Assembly (NCBI GenBank): GCA_004558975.1
Contig: SFZB01000003.1
Coordinates: forward strand, 1-61,629
Direction: 5' to 3'
DNA from: a bacterium
Lineage (GTDB): Bacteria; Bacillota; Clostridia; Oscillospirales; CAG-272
Length of the DNA stretch: 61,629 nucleotides
Below, in pieces: positions 18,103 through 28,231 of this stretch. Made by a program: the position numbers and the translations under genes. The notes under the pieces are model-generated. The model did no database searches. It was not told where the DNA came from and saw only the letters and a program-made list of their open reading frames with translations. The first letter of the stretch is position 1. Every line of letters starts with the position of its first letter.

Positions 18103-19467
18103 TCACTTTCTCCGGAAGATGTCTTCCAGATCGTAGACGGAAATGCCTGCCGCGACGATCACGACGCGGTCGCCGGGGAGAATGACGTCATCGCCGCCGG
18201 GGATAATACAGGCGGAGCCGCGCGTAATGGCGGCGAGCAGGGTGCCGCCCGTGAGCGTAAGGTCGCGGAGCGGAATGTTCGCAAACGGGAAGTCGGATAG
18301 GACGTTAAATTCCAGTGCCTCGGCAGCACCGTTCATCAGGCTGTAAAGCGTCTCGACTTTACTGCCCTCGGAGTTTTCGAGTGCGCGCGCATACTGTGCG
18401 AGGACGTCGGAAATGATGACTTTCGGCGACAGGATACTGTCGAGCCCTAGCTTCTCGGACAGCGCCCCGAGTTCGTCCTGATTGACCTTGGAGACGACTT
18501 TACCGACTCCCTGCGACATGGCGTAGAAAGAGATCAGAATATTCTCTTCGTCGCGCCCCGTGAGGGCGACTACGGCGTCCATTTTGTCGAGCCCCTCTTC
18601 GGCGAGCAGATCCTGGTGCATACAGTCGCCCTGAATGACGGTCGCGCCGGAGAGCCGTTCACAGACCTCCTCGCACCGTTCCGGGTTCTTCTCGATGATC
18701 TTGACGGAGTTGCCGGCACCGATGAGCAGGCGCGCGAGGTAGTAAGACGTCGTACTCGCACCGAGCACCATGACGTCACGCACCTGCTTTTGGACGAGCC
18801 CCAGCATCTTGAGGATGCGGTGCATATCCGGCGTCGCGCTGATGAGGGCGATATGGTCGCCGCCGTGCAGGACGGAATGACCGGAGGGAATATGGACTTC
18901 TTCGCCGTGCCGGATGACCGCCACGAGGTACTTCCCGGGGAATTTTTTACGGATATCGGACAGCGTCATGCCGTCGAGCGGAGAGCCCTGCCGCAGCACG
19001 ACCTCGACGAGCTCCTGCCGCCGGTCGGAGAAGGTCTCGACCTTGGCGACCGACGGGAGCTTCAGAATATTGAAGATCGCCTGCGCCATCATCAGTTCCG
19101 GGTTGACGGACATGGAGAGCTCGAGCTGCTCCATCATATAGTGGAACCCGTCGTTGTTGTATTCCGAGTTGCGGACACGGGCGACCGTGTGCTTCGCCCC
19201 GATCTTACGGGCGACGAAACAGCTCAGCATATTAAATTCATCGGAGCCCGTGACGGCGATGAACAGGTCGCACCCGGCGACCCCCGCCTCCGTCAGGCTG
19301 TCGTAAGACGTCGCGTTGCCGCAGAAGCCGATGACGTCATGCCGTTCCGTGATCTCTTTGAGGACGGCGGGGTCGTTGTCGATGACGATGACATCGTGCT
19401 CTTCTTTTGCCATGCGGGCGGTCAGTGTCGCGCCGATCTTGCCACATCCGACAATGATGACTTTCAT
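18103..19467 (-). CDS. trkA: Trk system NAD-binding subunit
   Basis: Reads MKVIIVGCGKIG..., with a second Rossmann repeat (VMVLGASTTSYYLA), giving a tandem RCK/TrkA-N plus TrkA-C architecture. 454 aa. Confidence 0.9.
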   Translation of the reverse strand: MKVIIVGCGKIGATLTARMAKEEHDVIVIDNDPAVLKEITERHDVIGFCGNATSYDSLTEAGVAGCDLFIAVTGSDEFNMLSCFVARKIGAKHTVARVRNSEYNNDGFHYMMEQLELSMSVNPELMMAQAIFNILKLPSVAKVETFSDRRQELVEVVLRQGSPLDGMTLSDIRKKFPGKYLVAVIRHGEEVHIPSGHSVLHGGDHIALISATPDMHRILKMLGLVQKQVRDVMVLGASTTSYYLARLLIGAGNSVKIIEKNPERCEEVCERLSGATVIQGDCMHQDLLAEEGLDKMDAVVALTGRDEENILISFYAMSQGVGKVVSKVNQDELGALSEKLGLDSILSPKVIISDVLAQYARALENSEGSKVETLYSLMNGAAEALEFNVLSDFPFANIPLRDLTLTGGTLLAAITRGSACIIPGGDDVILPGDRVVIVAAGISVYDLEDIFRRK

Positions 19468-19588
19468 GTTTTCTCCTTTTGCGCCGCGCGTTTTCTCGTG
19501 GGAATCGTTATACGGTTCCTCTTATATTACCACATTCCGTGCGTGACCGCAAGGGAAAAATGCTACTCGGTAAAGTGGCGGCTACCCC

Positions 19589-19618
19589 TTGACAATGCGC
19601 GCGCGCGGGGGGTACAAT
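19589..19618 (+). promoter_or_regulatory. sigma-A-type promoter for cysK-mnmA
   Basis: TTGACA (19589-19594), 18-nt spacer, TACAAT (19613-19618). Confidence 0.5.
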
Positions 19619-19671
19619 AAACTATCGTGAACGGATATACTATGCTTATATCAAAGAATGGGGGCAAGAAG

Positions 19672-20604
19672 ATGGGAAAGATATATTCGTCGGTCGATGA
19701 GCTGATCGGCAATACACCGCTGGTTGAGCTGACACATATCGAGCGGGAGCTGGGGCTCGGGTTTACGCTCCTCGCGAAAACGGAATGTATGAATCCTGCG
19801 GGTTCGGTCAAGGATCGTGTCGCGCGCGCCATGCTGGACGACGCGGAGGCGCGCGGGCTCCTGACGAAGGACAGCGTGATCATTGAGCCGACGTCCGGGA
19901 ACACCGGCATCGGGCTGGCGTCCGTCGCCGCCGCGCGCGGCTATCGTCTCATCATCGTCATGCCCGATACCATGTCGGTCGAGCGGCGGCAGATCCTGCG
20001 CGCGCTCGGGGCGGAACTGGTGCTGACCGAGGGGGCACGCGGCATGGCGGGCGCCATCGCCCGCGCCAAGGAACTCGCCGATGAGACGCCGGGCGCTTTC
20101 ATTGCCGGGCAGTTCGTCAATCCGGCGAACCCCGCCGCGCATTACCGCACGACGGGACCCGAAATCTGGCGCGACACGGACGGAAAAGTCGATATTTTCG
20201 TCGCCGGGGTCGGTACGGGCGGTACCGTGACCGGGGTCGGCAGATACCTGAAAGAACAGAATCCGGCGGTGAAGATCGTCGCCGTCGAGCCCGCGGGCTC
20301 TCCCGTCCTCTCGGGCGGGAAAGCGGGACCGCACAAGATTCAGGGCATCGGCGCGGGCTTCGTGCCGGACGTACTGGACACCGCCATCTATGACGAGGTC
20401 GTCCGGGTCGAGAACGAGGACGCCTTCCGCTTCGGTCGTCTGATGGGGCGGCGTGAGGGGCTCCTCGTCGGGATCTCCTCCGGCGCGGCGCTTGCCGCGG
20501 CGGTCGAGGTCGGGAGCCGCCCCGAGAATGCCGGGAAGACGGTCGTCGCCCTCCTGCCGGATACGGGCGACCGGTATCTCTCGACCGCCATGTTCGCGGA
20601 CTGA
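19672..20604 (+). CDS. cysK: cysteine synthase A (O-acetylserine sulfhydrylase)
   Basis: Reads [20 protein letters not shown]...[11 protein letters not shown]...GTGGT, giving the PLP-lysine and glycine-loop motifs. Start at ATG 19672. Confidence 0.9.
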   Translation: MGKIYSSVDELIGNTPLVELTHIERELGLGFTLLAKTECMNPAGSVKDRVARAMLDDAEARGLLTKDSVIIEPTSGNTGIGLASVAAARGYRLIIVMPDTMSVERRQILRALGAELVLTEGARGMAGAIARAKELADETPGAFIAGQFVNPANPAAHYRTTGPEIWRDTDGKVDIFVAGVGTGGTVTGVGRYLKEQNPAVKIVAVEPAGSPVLSGGKAGPHKIQGIGAGFVPDVLDTAIYDEVVRVENEDAFRFGRLMGRREGLLVGISSGAALAAAVEVGSRPENAGKTVVALLPDTGDRYLSTAMFAD

Positions 20605-20610
20605 ACGATC

Positions 20611-21750
20611 ATGTGTATGGAGAAAAGAACGGACGTGGGCGCCGCCGACATCGCGGGTGGCGCTGACAATGCCACCGCAGGTAAGACCCGCGCACTGGTC
20701 GCCATGAGCGGCGGGGTGGATTCCTCCGTCGCCGCCTATCTGGTGCGGGAAGCAGGGCTTGCCGGGGTCGGCTGCACGATGAAACTGTACGACAACGAGG
20801 ACGCAGGAATCCCGCGGGAACACTCCTGCTGCTCGCTCGATGACGTGGAGGACGCGCGCGCCGTCTCCTTTCGGCTCGGTATGCAGCATTATGTGTTCAA
20901 TTTCCGCGACGAGTTTGAAACATGCGTCATCGGGAACTTTATCCGCGAGTACGAGAGCGGGAAAACACCCAACCCCTGCATTGACTGCAACCGCTTTATG
21001 AAGTTCGGGCTCCTTTTCGACCGCGCCGAGATCCTCGGGTGCCGGTACGTCGTGACGGGGCACTACGCGAGAATTGAAAAGACGCCGGACGGGTATCTTC
21101 TGAAGAAAGCACTGGACGATACCAAAGACCAGAGTTATGTCCTCTACGACATGACGCAGGAACAACTCGCGAAAACGCTTTTTCCCCTCGGGGGACTGCG
21201 TAAGACCGAGGTGCGGGCGATCGCCGAGCGTGAAGGGTTCCTCAACGCGCGCAAGCCGGACAGTCAGGATATCTGCTTCGTGCCCGACGGCGACTATGCA
21301 AAGGTCATCGTCGCGCACACGGGGCGCGCTCCCGTGCCGGGTGACTTTGTGGATACGGCGGGGAACCGGCTCGGCACCCACCGCGGAATCATTTACTATA
21401 CCATCGGACAGCGGCGGGGGCTCGGAATCGCCGCGGGCGAGCCGCTGTATGTCGTGAAAATCTGCCCCGAGACGAACGAGGTCGTCCTCGGGCGGGATAC
21501 CGATCTCTACACGCGCGAGGCGCGCGTCGGCGACGTGCGCTGGATTCAGGGGGCGCCGCCGCGCTCCCGGTTCCGTTGCCGCGCAAAGACGCGCTATCGC
21601 CAGCCGGAGCGCGACGCGACCCTCACGGTCGCGGAGGACGGTACCGTCACGCTCCTCTTCGACGAGCCGCAACGCGCCGTCACCCCGGGGCAGGCAGCCG
21701 TTTTCTACGACGGCGATACGGTTCTCGGCGGCGGGAAGATTCTTGGCTGA
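20611..21750 (+). CDS. mnmA: tRNA-specific 2-thiouridylase
   Basis: PP-loop AMSGGVDSSV is present, along with NPCIDCN and DQSY motifs. Confidence 0.9.
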   Translation: MCMEKRTDVGAADIAGGADNATAGKTRALVAMSGGVDSSVAAYLVREAGLAGVGCTMKLYDNEDAGIPREHSCCSLDDVEDARAVSFRLGMQHYVFNFRDEFETCVIGNFIREYESGKTPNPCIDCNRFMKFGLLFDRAEILGCRYVVTGHYARIEKTPDGYLLKKALDDTKDQSYVLYDMTQEQLAKTLFPLGGLRKTEVRAIAEREGFLNARKPDSQDICFVPDGDYAKVIVAHTGRAPVPGDFVDTAGNRLGTHRGIIYYTIGQRRGLGIAAGEPLYVVKICPETNEVVLGRDTDLYTREARVGDVRWIQGAPPRSRFRCRAKTRYRQPERDATLTVAEDGTVTLLFDEPQRAVTPGQAAVFYDGDTVLGGGKILG

Positions 21751-21825
21751 CGCTCACGGAAAAAGCGAAAGCCGGTGCCGACGGAAAAACGTCAGGCAGA
21801 CCCTTTGAAAAACGCACGATCAAAA

Positions 21826-21858
21826 AAACCCGCGCCGGGCATCGCCCGGCGCGGGTTT
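21826..21858. terminator. bidirectional intrinsic terminator (mnmA / msmX-like convergent gap)
   Basis: aaacccgcgccgggc-atc-gcccggcgcgggttt, a 12-bp GC stem flanked by A and T runs. Confidence 0.8.
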
Positions 21859-21879
21859 GCTATGTAGAATCGATTCGGT

Positions 21880-23016
21880 TTAGTGGCAGATGCACTTCTC
21901 CGTGTCTTTGTCGAAAATGTGGACACGGGACATATCGAAGGACACCTTGATGTTGTCGCCGGAGCGGGAGAGGGAACGCGCGGAGACGCGGGCAATCACG
22001 TTCTTGCCTTCCTCGATCGCGTGTTCGATGCCCTCGAAGGACAGGTAGAGATAGATCTCGGCACCCATCAGCTCGGTGACTTCCACGGTGCAGTCCATGA
22101 CGCCGTCCTTATTCTGTGCGACGGCTTCCTCATCGTCGGAGATGGACTCGGGGCGGATACCCATGATGACGGTCTGCCCGATGTATTCCTTCAGCGCCGG
22201 GTTGTTCGCCTTTTCCTTCGGGAGTTTCAGAGACGCGTTACCGACCTTGAGATACAGGTCGTCGCCCTCTTTCGTGAGGAGTGCGTCGATGAAGTTCATC
22301 TGCGGCGTGCCGATGAAGCCTGCCACGAACTTGTTGACCGGGAGGTCATACAGGTTCTGAGGCGTATCGACCTGCTGAATAAGACCGTCTTTCATGACGA
22401 CGATACGCGTCGCCATGGTCATAGCCTCGACCTGGTCATGCGTAACGTAGACGAAGGTCGTGCCGACGCTCTTGTGAAGTTTGGTCAACTCGGTTCTCAT
22501 GCTCGCACGGAGTTTCGCGTCCAGGTTGGAGAGCGGCTCGTCAAGCAGGAAGACCTGCGGGTTACGCACGATGGCGCGCCCGAGGGCAACACGCTGTTTC
22601 TGACCGCCGGACAGAGCCTTCGGCTTTCTTTCGAGCAGGTGGCTGATATCGAGGATGCGCGCAGCCTCTTCGACGCGGCGCTTGATCTCGGTCTTCGGCA
22701 CTTTACGGAGCTTCAGACCGAATGCCATGTTGTCGTACACGGACATGTGCGGGTACAGAGCGTAGTTCTGGAACACCATCGCGATATCGCGGTCTTTCGG
22801 CGCGACGTCGTTGACGAGGCGGTCGCCGATGTACAGTTCGCCCTCGGTGATTTCCTCGAGCCCTGCGATCATACGGAGGGTCGTGGACTTACCGCAGCCG
22901 GAAGGACCGACGAAAATGATGAACTCCTTGTCCTCGACCTCGAGGCAGAAGTCGGATACGGCGGTAACGCCGCCGGGATATTTCTTATAAATATGTCTGA
23001 GAGACAGACCTGCCAT
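21880..23016 (-). CDS. carbohydrate ABC transporter ATP-binding protein (MsmX/MalK/UgpC type), no adjacent permease
   Basis: From ATG 23016 (RBS aggagga) the ORF reads [16 protein letters not shown]...GPSGCGKST...LSGGQKQR...[12 protein letters not shown]-terminal TOBE-like regulatory domain is present. Confidence 0.9.
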   Translation of the reverse strand: MAGLSLRHIYKKYPGGVTAVSDFCLEVEDKEFIIFVGPSGCGKSTTLRMIAGLEEITEGELYIGDRLVNDVAPKDRDIAMVFQNYALYPHMSVYDNMAFGLKLRKVPKTEIKRRVEEAARILDISHLLERKPKALSGGQKQRVALGRAIVRNPQVFLLDEPLSNLDAKLRASMRTELTKLHKSVGTTFVYVTHDQVEAMTMATRIVVMKDGLIQQVDTPQNLYDLPVNKFVAGFIGTPQMNFIDALLTKEGDDLYLKVGNASLKLPKEKANNPALKEYIGQTVIMGIRPESISDDEEAVAQNKDGVMDCTVEVTELMGAEIYLYLSFEGIEHAIEEGKNVIARVSARSLSRSGDNIKVSFDMSRVHIFDKDTEKCICH

Positions 23017-23050
23017 GGGATATTCCTCCTGCTTTTTATTTGACACGTTT

Positions 23051-23059
23051 ATTATAGCA
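23051..23059 (-). promoter_or_regulatory. extended -10 element (TGcTATAAT) for the msmX-like gene
   Basis: The minus strand reads ctgcTATAAT. -10 at 23051-23056, TG at 23058-23059. Confidence 0.5.
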
Positions 23060-23208
23060 GAAACCCGTCCTGCGGAAAAGACGCGCAAAAACCAAACTTT
23101 CCGCGCCTGCATTGTACATTCTGCACAGATTATTCGCCGATTTGTGAATAAAAGCCCCGCAAAAAACTGCTCATCTTCTAATAGATTAGAGTTTCGCGGG
23201 GCTTTCGT

Positions 23209-25368
23209 TTATTTCATGCCTTTGCGTGTGAGGGCAATACGGTTTTTCTTCAGGTCGACGCTCTTGATGCGGCACTCGATGACGTCGCCGACGGCGAGCA
23301 CCTCGGAGGGGTGCTTGATGAAGCGGTCGCACATCTCGGAGATGTGGAGCAGACCGTCATGGTGAACGCCGATGTCGACGAAAGCGCCGAAGTCCACGAC
23401 GTTCCGCACCGTGCCGGTGACGACCATTTCGGGCTGCAGATCCTTGATGTCCATGACGTCCTTCCGCAGGCAGGGGGCAGGGGCTTCGTCACGGACGTCT
23501 CTGCCGGGCTTCTGCAGCTCGGAGAGAATGTCGGTCAGGGTCGGCACGCCGCACCCCAGCTCCGTCGCGAGCCGCTCGACGCCCGCTTTTTCGACCTGAT
23601 AGGGCAGGAGCGTCAGGTTCCCGTCGCGCACATCGGCTTCGGTGTACTTGAATTTCGCGAGCAGGGCTTTGACGATCGGATAGGATTCGGGGTGTACGCC
23701 GGTGTTGTCGAGAATTTCGTTTCCGCCCGGAATCCGGAGGAACCCGGCGCACTGCTCATAGGCTTTCGCGCCGATCTTCGGCACCTTGAGAATGGCGGCG
23801 CGGGTCTTGAACTCGCCGTTCGCCTCGCGGTATGCCACGATGTTCTTCGCGGCGGTCGCGTTGATGCCGGCGATGTAGGAGAGCAGGGAGTAGGAGGCGG
23901 TGTTGACGTCCACGCCGACGCTGTTGACACAGCCCTCGACGACGCCGCCGAGCGCCTCGGTCAGGCGCGCCTGCTTCATATCATGCTGGTACTGTCCGAC
24001 GCCGATGGCTCTCGGCTCGATCTTGACGAGCTCCGCGAGCGGATCCTGCAGGCGGCGGGCGATGGAGACGGCGCTGCGCTCCGTCACGTCGAAGTCGGGG
24101 AACTCCTCGGCGCCGAGCTTGGAGGCGGAATAGACCGAAGCGCCTGCTTCGCTGACGATGGTATAGCGCACGTCGCGGTCGGTCACGTACTTCAGCGTGT
24201 CGGCGATGAACGCCTCGCTCTCACGGGAGGCGGTGCCGTTCCCGATTGCGATGACGTCGACCTTGTACTTGTCGATGAGGGCGAGCACGGTCTTGCGGCT
24301 ACGCTCGATATCCTGCCGTGGCAGGGTGGGGTAGATGACGGCGGTGTCGAGCACCTTGCCTGTCTTATCTACGACGGCGAGTTTGCACCCGGTACGGAAG
24401 CCGGGGTCGTAGCCGAGGACGGTCTTGCCCTTGATCGGTGCGACCATGAGCAGATGCCGCAGGTTGTCCGAGAAGACGACGAGCGCGCCCTCGCAGGCGT
24501 TGTCAAAAAGGTCGTTGCGGATCTCGCGCTCGAGCGAGGGGAAAAGCAGACGGTCATAGGCGTCGGCGACGATGTCGACGAGTCGCTCGGTCACGGGCGA
24601 CTTCTTGTTCGTGATGACACGGGCGCCGAGGGCGGCTTTCGCTTTGTCCTCGTCCATCTCGACGGCGACTTTCAGGAATTCTTCGGTTTCGCCGCGGTGC
24701 AGGGCGAGGATCCTGTGCCCTTTGAGCCGCGGAATCGGCTCGGAGAAGTCGTAATAGTCGGAGTAGACGGATTCCTCTTCTTTCGCCTGCTTCGCGGTCA
24801 GAACCCCCTCGCGCATGATGAGCGCGCGGAGCGCCTTGCGGTGCTCGGCGTCGTTTGCGATGTCCTCGGCGATGATGTCGGCGGCGCCGGCGAGCGCCTC
24901 CTCTGCCGAAGCAACGCCCTTTTCTTCATCTATATAGGATTCCGCCGCGACTTCGATCGCAGGGTCATAGACGTCGCGCTGTTCGAGAATCAACTCGGCG
25001 AGGGGCGCGAGCCCTTTGCCGCGCGCGATGGAGGCGCGCGTCGTGCGCTTCGGGCGGAAGGGGCGGTAAATGTCCTCGAGCTCGACGAGCGTCGTTGCGT
25101 TCGAGAGTGCGAGGGAAATTTCGGGGGTGAGCTTCTCCTGCGCTTCGATCAGGGCGGCGATCTCCTCGCGGCGCTTGTCCATGTTGCGCAGATATGTCAG
25201 ACGGTCGAAGAGCGTCCGCAGGGTGGTATCGTCGAGGCTCCCCGTCACTTCCTTGCGGTAACGGGCGATGAACGGGATCGTGTTTCCCTCGTCGATGAGC
25301 GCGACGGTCTTTTCGACCTGATCGGGTTTGAGTTTCAGTTCCTGTGCCAGGGTCTTGATAATGTCCAT
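23209..25368 (-). CDS. tex: Tex-like transcription accessory protein (S1 RNA-binding domain)
   Basis: 719 aa. The N-terminus reads ...VALIDEGNTIPFIARYRKE. A YqgF/HhH middle region is present. The C-terminal S1 domain reads VVTGTVRNVVDFGAFVDIG. Confidence 0.9.
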   Translation of the reverse strand: MDIIKTLAQELKLKPDQVEKTVALIDEGNTIPFIARYRKEVTGSLDDTTLRTLFDRLTYLRNMDKRREEIAALIEAQEKLTPEISLALSNATTLVELEDIYRPFRPKRTTRASIARGKGLAPLAELILEQRDVYDPAIEVAAESYIDEEKGVASAEEALAGAADIIAEDIANDAEHRKALRALIMREGVLTAKQAKEEESVYSDYYDFSEPIPRLKGHRILALHRGETEEFLKVAVEMDEDKAKAALGARVITNKKSPVTERLVDIVADAYDRLLFPSLEREIRNDLFDNACEGALVVFSDNLRHLLMVAPIKGKTVLGYDPGFRTGCKLAVVDKTGKVLDTAVIYPTLPRQDIERSRKTVLALIDKYKVDVIAIGNGTASRESEAFIADTLKYVTDRDVRYTIVSEAGASVYSASKLGAEEFPDFDVTERSAVSIARRLQDPLAELVKIEPRAIGVGQYQHDMKQARLTEALGGVVEGCVNSVGVDVNTASYSLLSYIAGINATAAKNIVAYREANGEFKTRAAILKVPKIGAKAYEQCAGFLRIPGGNEILDNTGVHPESYPIVKALLAKFKYTEADVRDGNLTLLPYQVEKAGVERLATELGCGVPTLTDILSELQKPGRDVRDEAPAPCLRKDVMDIKDLQPEMVVTGTVRNVVDFGAFVDIGVHHDGLLHISEMCDRFIKHPSEVLAVGDVIECRIKSVDLKKNRIALTRKGMK

Positions 25369-25416
25369 AGGTGTCTCCTTTTCGGGATATGCCGCGCAGG
25401 CGCGGCGGTACTTTCT

Positions 25417-25425
25417 ATTCTAGCA
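25417..25425 (-). promoter_or_regulatory. extended -10 element (TGcTAGAAT) for tex
   Basis: The minus strand reads tgtgcTAGAAT. -10 at 25417-25422, TG at 25424-25425. Confidence 0.45.
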
Positions 25426-25432
25426 CAAACGG

Positions 25433-25475
25433 CGCAAAAAAGAAAGACGGGAATCCGCAAAATCGGAATCCCGTC
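25433..25475 (-). terminator. intrinsic terminator after serC
   Basis: The minus strand reads gacgggattccg-atttt-gcggattcccgtc, followed by tttctttttt. Confidence 0.75.
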
Positions 25476-25488
25476 CGTGAGACGTTTC

Positions 25489-26577
25489 TTACTGGTTGGC
25501 GTGATCCTGCGCGAACTGCTTCATAAATGCAACGAGTTTCTCCACCCCGGCGAGCGGCATGGCGTTGTAGATCGAGGCGCGGATACCGCCGACGGCTTTG
25601 TGCCCCTTGAGACTCTTCATGCCCGCTTTCGCCGCCTCGGAAACAAAGAGCTTATCGAGTTCGGGATCGCCGGTACGGAAGACGACGTTCATGATGGAGC
25701 GGGACGCGGGATCCACCGGCGCAATATAGAAGTCCTGGTGGTCAAGATAGTCGTAGAGGAGCGACGCCTTGGCTTCGTTGCGCTCCTTCGCGGCGGGGAG
25801 CCCGCCGAGATCCAGCAACCAGTCGCAGACCAGTTTGGTCATATAGATGGCCCAGCAGGGCGGTGTGTTGTACATGGAGTCGTTCTCTGCGGCGAGCCGG
25901 TAGGAGAGAATGGCGGGGGTGGTATCGCGCTCATGCCCGATGAGATCCTCGCGAATGATGACGATGCCCAGCCCGGCAATCCCGAAGTTCTTCTGCGCGC
26001 CGGCGTAGATGACACCGAACTTCGAGACGTCGATCGGCTCGGATGCGATGCAGGAGGACATATCCGCGACGAGCGGGATATCGCCCGTATCGGGAATGTA
26101 GGGGAACTTCGTCCCGAAAATCGTGTTATTGAAGCAGATATGTACGTAGTCGGCGTCGGGGCGGAAGGAGTCGCGCGTCGTCGCCGGGACGAACGAGAAG
26201 TTGGCGCCGGCGGAAGAGGCTGCGATCGCGACGTCACCGTATTTGGAGGCTTCGGTGCTCGCCTTTTTCGAGAACTGCCCGGAGAGGACGTAATCCGCTT
26301 TGCCGTTTTTCGTCATCAGGTTGAGAGGGACAGCGGCGAACTGCGCCGTGGCGCCGCCGTGCATAAAGAGCACCTTGTAGTTGTCCGGCACGTTCATCAG
26401 TTTGCGCAGCGCGGCTTCCGCCCCGGCACGTACCGCCTCGAAGTCGGCAGAACGGTGGGACATCTCCATGATGGACATCCCGCTGTTTCCGTAGCAGAGG
26501 AGACTCTCCTGCGCCTTTTTCAGCACGTCTTCCGCGATGGTGGAGGGTCCGGCGGAGAAGTTATACACTCTTTCCAT
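25489..26577 (-). CDS. serC: phosphoserine aminotransferase
   Basis: From ATG 26577 the ORF reads MERVYNFSAGPSTIAEDVL...AGAQKNFG (PLP-Lys context), 362 aa. The 530-aa track ORF extends upstream into non-coding sequence. Confidence 0.9.
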   Translation of the reverse strand: MERVYNFSAGPSTIAEDVLKKAQESLLCYGNSGMSIMEMSHRSADFEAVRAGAEAALRKLMNVPDNYKVLFMHGGATAQFAAVPLNLMTKNGKADYVLSGQFSKKASTEASKYGDVAIAASSAGANFSFVPATTRDSFRPDADYVHICFNNTIFGTKFPYIPDTGDIPLVADMSSCIASEPIDVSKFGVIYAGAQKNFGIAGLGIVIIREDLIGHERDTTPAILSYRLAAENDSMYNTPPCWAIYMTKLVCDWLLDLGGLPAAKERNEAKASLLYDYLDHQDFYIAPVDPASRSIMNVVFRTGDPELDKLFVSEAAKAGMKSLKGHKAVGGIRASIYNAMPLAGVEKLVAFMKQFAQDHANQ

Positions 26578-26629
26578 ATGCAATTCGGCCTTGCGGCCAC
26601 CCTTTCTCATAGGCTGTTGATTAGATGAT

Positions 26630-26658
26630 ATGATAGCAGACTTTTGCAAGAAAATCAA
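26630..26658 (-). promoter_or_regulatory. promoter for serC (TTGATT-17-TGcTATCAT)
   Basis: -35 at 26653-26658 and -10 at 26630-26635, with TG at 26637-26638. Confidence 0.45.
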
Positions 26659-26768
26659 CCCCCGCGCCCACTTTTGCCCCCGAAACCGCGGGATATCCGC
26701 AGAATGCACAAAGCGGGCGCGGTTTCTTTTGTGTTTTGCGACGGATTGCCGCCCGGGCGGACAGGCAC

Positions 26769-26797
26769 TTGACAAAACGGTAGGGAAGGAATATAGT
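26769..26797 (+). promoter_or_regulatory. sigma-A-type promoter for the small ORF at 26878
   Basis: TTGACA (26769-26774), 17-nt spacer, TATAGT (26792-26797). Confidence 0.55.
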
Positions 26798-26877
26798 GGT
26801 GTTGCCGTTTCATGACACCGCTTGCAGTGCCGCGACCGGCAGACTGTAAAACCGCTTCGGCGGTGAAGGAGAAAAAT

Positions 26878-27114
26878 ATGAAAGTCAAAATGACTGTTAC
26901 CGAACGCCGGGGGAAGTGCGGGAAGGACTTCCGCGTGGGCGATACCATCGTCCTCGGGAGCGAGGAGGACATCGCGCGGTTCTGCCCCAATGCCCACACG
27001 GTGGGAGAACTGAAAGAGAAGATCGCCGCCGCGGCGGCGAGCGGTGAGGCGAAGACGTTCACGTATGAATGCTATGACCATGCCGTGACGATGGACATCA
27101 CGGTGGAGCCCTGA
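26878..27114 (+). CDS. small hypothetical protein (78 aa)
   Basis: RBS gaaggag lies 7 nt before ATG 26878. It has its own promoter and downstream terminator. Sequence starts MKVKMTVTERRGKCGKDFRVGDTIVLG...FCPNAH. Family not recognised with confidence. Confidence 0.5.
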   Translation: MKVKMTVTERRGKCGKDFRVGDTIVLGSEEDIARFCPNAHTVGELKEKIAAAAASGEAKTFTYECYDHAVTMDITVEP

Positions 27115-27129
27115 AAGACAGGCTCCTCC

Positions 27130-27167
27130 CGGCGGTATCCCCCGCGCGGGTGCGGGGGATACCGCCG
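27130..27167. other. 16-bp perfect GC-rich hairpin directly after the small ORF
   Basis: cggcggtatcccccgc-gcgggt-gcgggggataccgccg. There is no U tract on either strand. Confidence 0.6.
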
Positions 27168-27192
27168 AGAATCATGCCCAATACGCGGAAGA

Positions 27193-27224
27193 AGCGCGCC
27201 GGCTCGTCCGGTGCGCTCTTTTTC
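27193..27224 (+). terminator. intrinsic terminator
   Basis: agcgcgccgg-ctcgt-ccggtgcgct (one G-U pair), followed by cttttt. Confidence 0.6.
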
Positions 27225-27266
27225 TAATGGTTGCGATCATTCACCTGCCCGCAGGCGCGCCTCAGG

Positions 27267-28001
27267 TTACCAACTTGGGGAGAGGGGCGTGCCGAGCTCG
27301 AGTAGCTCGGAGACGGTGACGAAGCGGTAACCCTCTTTTTGCAGGGCGGGGATTACCGTCTCGAGGGCGGCGGCGCCCTGGAAACGCCGCGCCACATAGT
27401 CGTGCATAAGGATAATATCGCCGGGCTTGACCGAACGCAATACGACTCGTGAGATTTCTTCGGCGCTGCGCCCGCGCCAGTCGTTGGTATCTACGCTCCA
27501 GAGGATCTGGCGGTAGCCCTCGTTGCCCAGCAGTTTACCGCGCTCGGCGGTGCGGGCGCCCTCCGGGGGGCGGAACAGTACGGGGACGGTGCCGACCGTC
27601 ACCTCCGCCGCTCGCCCGCAGGCGGCGAGCTCTTCGAGCAACGTCTCATCCGTCACCCGTGAGAGATGCGGGTGATGGTAGGTGTGATTGCCGATTTCGT
27701 GTCCTGCCGCAACGACGCGTCGCGTGACGTCTGGATAGAGCTCAATGTTCCGCCCGATCTCAAAAAAGGTGGCTTTGACATCGTATTTTGCGAGGACGGC
27801 GAGAACCGCGTCGGTGTTGTGCGGGTGCGGTCCGTCGTCGAAGGTCAGAGCAATCAGTTTCTCGTCCGTCATCACGCGCCAGACGGGTTTGTCGCTCGTG
27901 TCTGCGAAAACGACCTGCGCCGCACCGGTGTGTGTCGGTGCGGAAACGACGATGAGAAGCGCCGCGACGAGGGCGACGAGACGGTACCGTTTCTTTTTCA
28001 T
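27267..28001 (-). CDS. polysaccharide deacetylase (NodB homology domain), secreted
   Basis: From ATG 28001 (RBS tggagg) the ORF starts with signal peptide MKKKRYRLVALVAALLIVV. NodB motifs FDDGP and HTYHHP are present. Confidence 0.85.
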   Translation of the reverse strand: MKKKRYRLVALVAALLIVVSAPTHTGAAQVVFADTSDKPVWRVMTDEKLIALTFDDGPHPHNTDAVLAVLAKYDVKATFFEIGRNIELYPDVTRRVVAAGHEIGNHTYHHPHLSRVTDETLLEELAACGRAAEVTVGTVPVLFRPPEGARTAERGKLLGNEGYRQILWSVDTNDWRGRSAEEISRVVLRSVKPGDIILMHDYVARRFQGAAALETVIPALQKEGYRFVTVSELLELGTPLSPSW

Positions 28002-28158
28002 CAATGCCTCCATACGGCGCGGCGCCCGAAAAACAGGCAACACCCCGTTCGTTTTTTTGTTCTTTTATCCTTAGCTTGCCCCATGCGCGCTTTTTTGCTC
28101 TGTCAATTTAAGACAAAAACGGCATTTTTGCAGATTGCACAAAAAAAACGTGGTTTTC

Positions 28159-28187
28159 TTGACACATTGAACCGATGCAGTTATAAT
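28159..28187 (+). promoter_or_regulatory. consensus sigma-A promoter for the EIIC-like permease
   Basis: TTGACA (28159-28164), 17-nt spacer, TATAAT (28182-28187). Confidence 0.7.
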
Positions 28188-28231
28188 ACAGATAATATTC
28201 TTTGACAAAAACATATGTGAGGAGAGACAAC

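Noticed and set aside
19651-21672. 673-aa minus-strand ORF.
   Set aside because: It is antisense to cysK and mnmA. It has no motifs and no RBS.
23311-26628. 1105-aa plus-strand ORF.
   Set aside because: It is antisense to tex and serC, both of which have clear family motifs. It has the same GC3 artefact composition.
26630-26815. A 61-aa plus-strand ORF, and a hairpin with a T-tract (about 26681-26735: gaaaccgcg...cgcggtttc then ttttgtgtttt), in the serC/small-ORF divergent region.
   Set aside because: The ORF has no RBS and overlaps the predicted serC promoter. The hairpin has a 27-nt loop and nothing upstream to terminate. I could not assign a function with any confidence.
26878-27114. Assigning the 78-aa protein to the TIGR04076 small-protein family.
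   Set aside because: The resemblance is only vague (KVK.TV...GKC...GD...FCP). It lacks most of the sequence I remember for that family. I left it as hypothetical.
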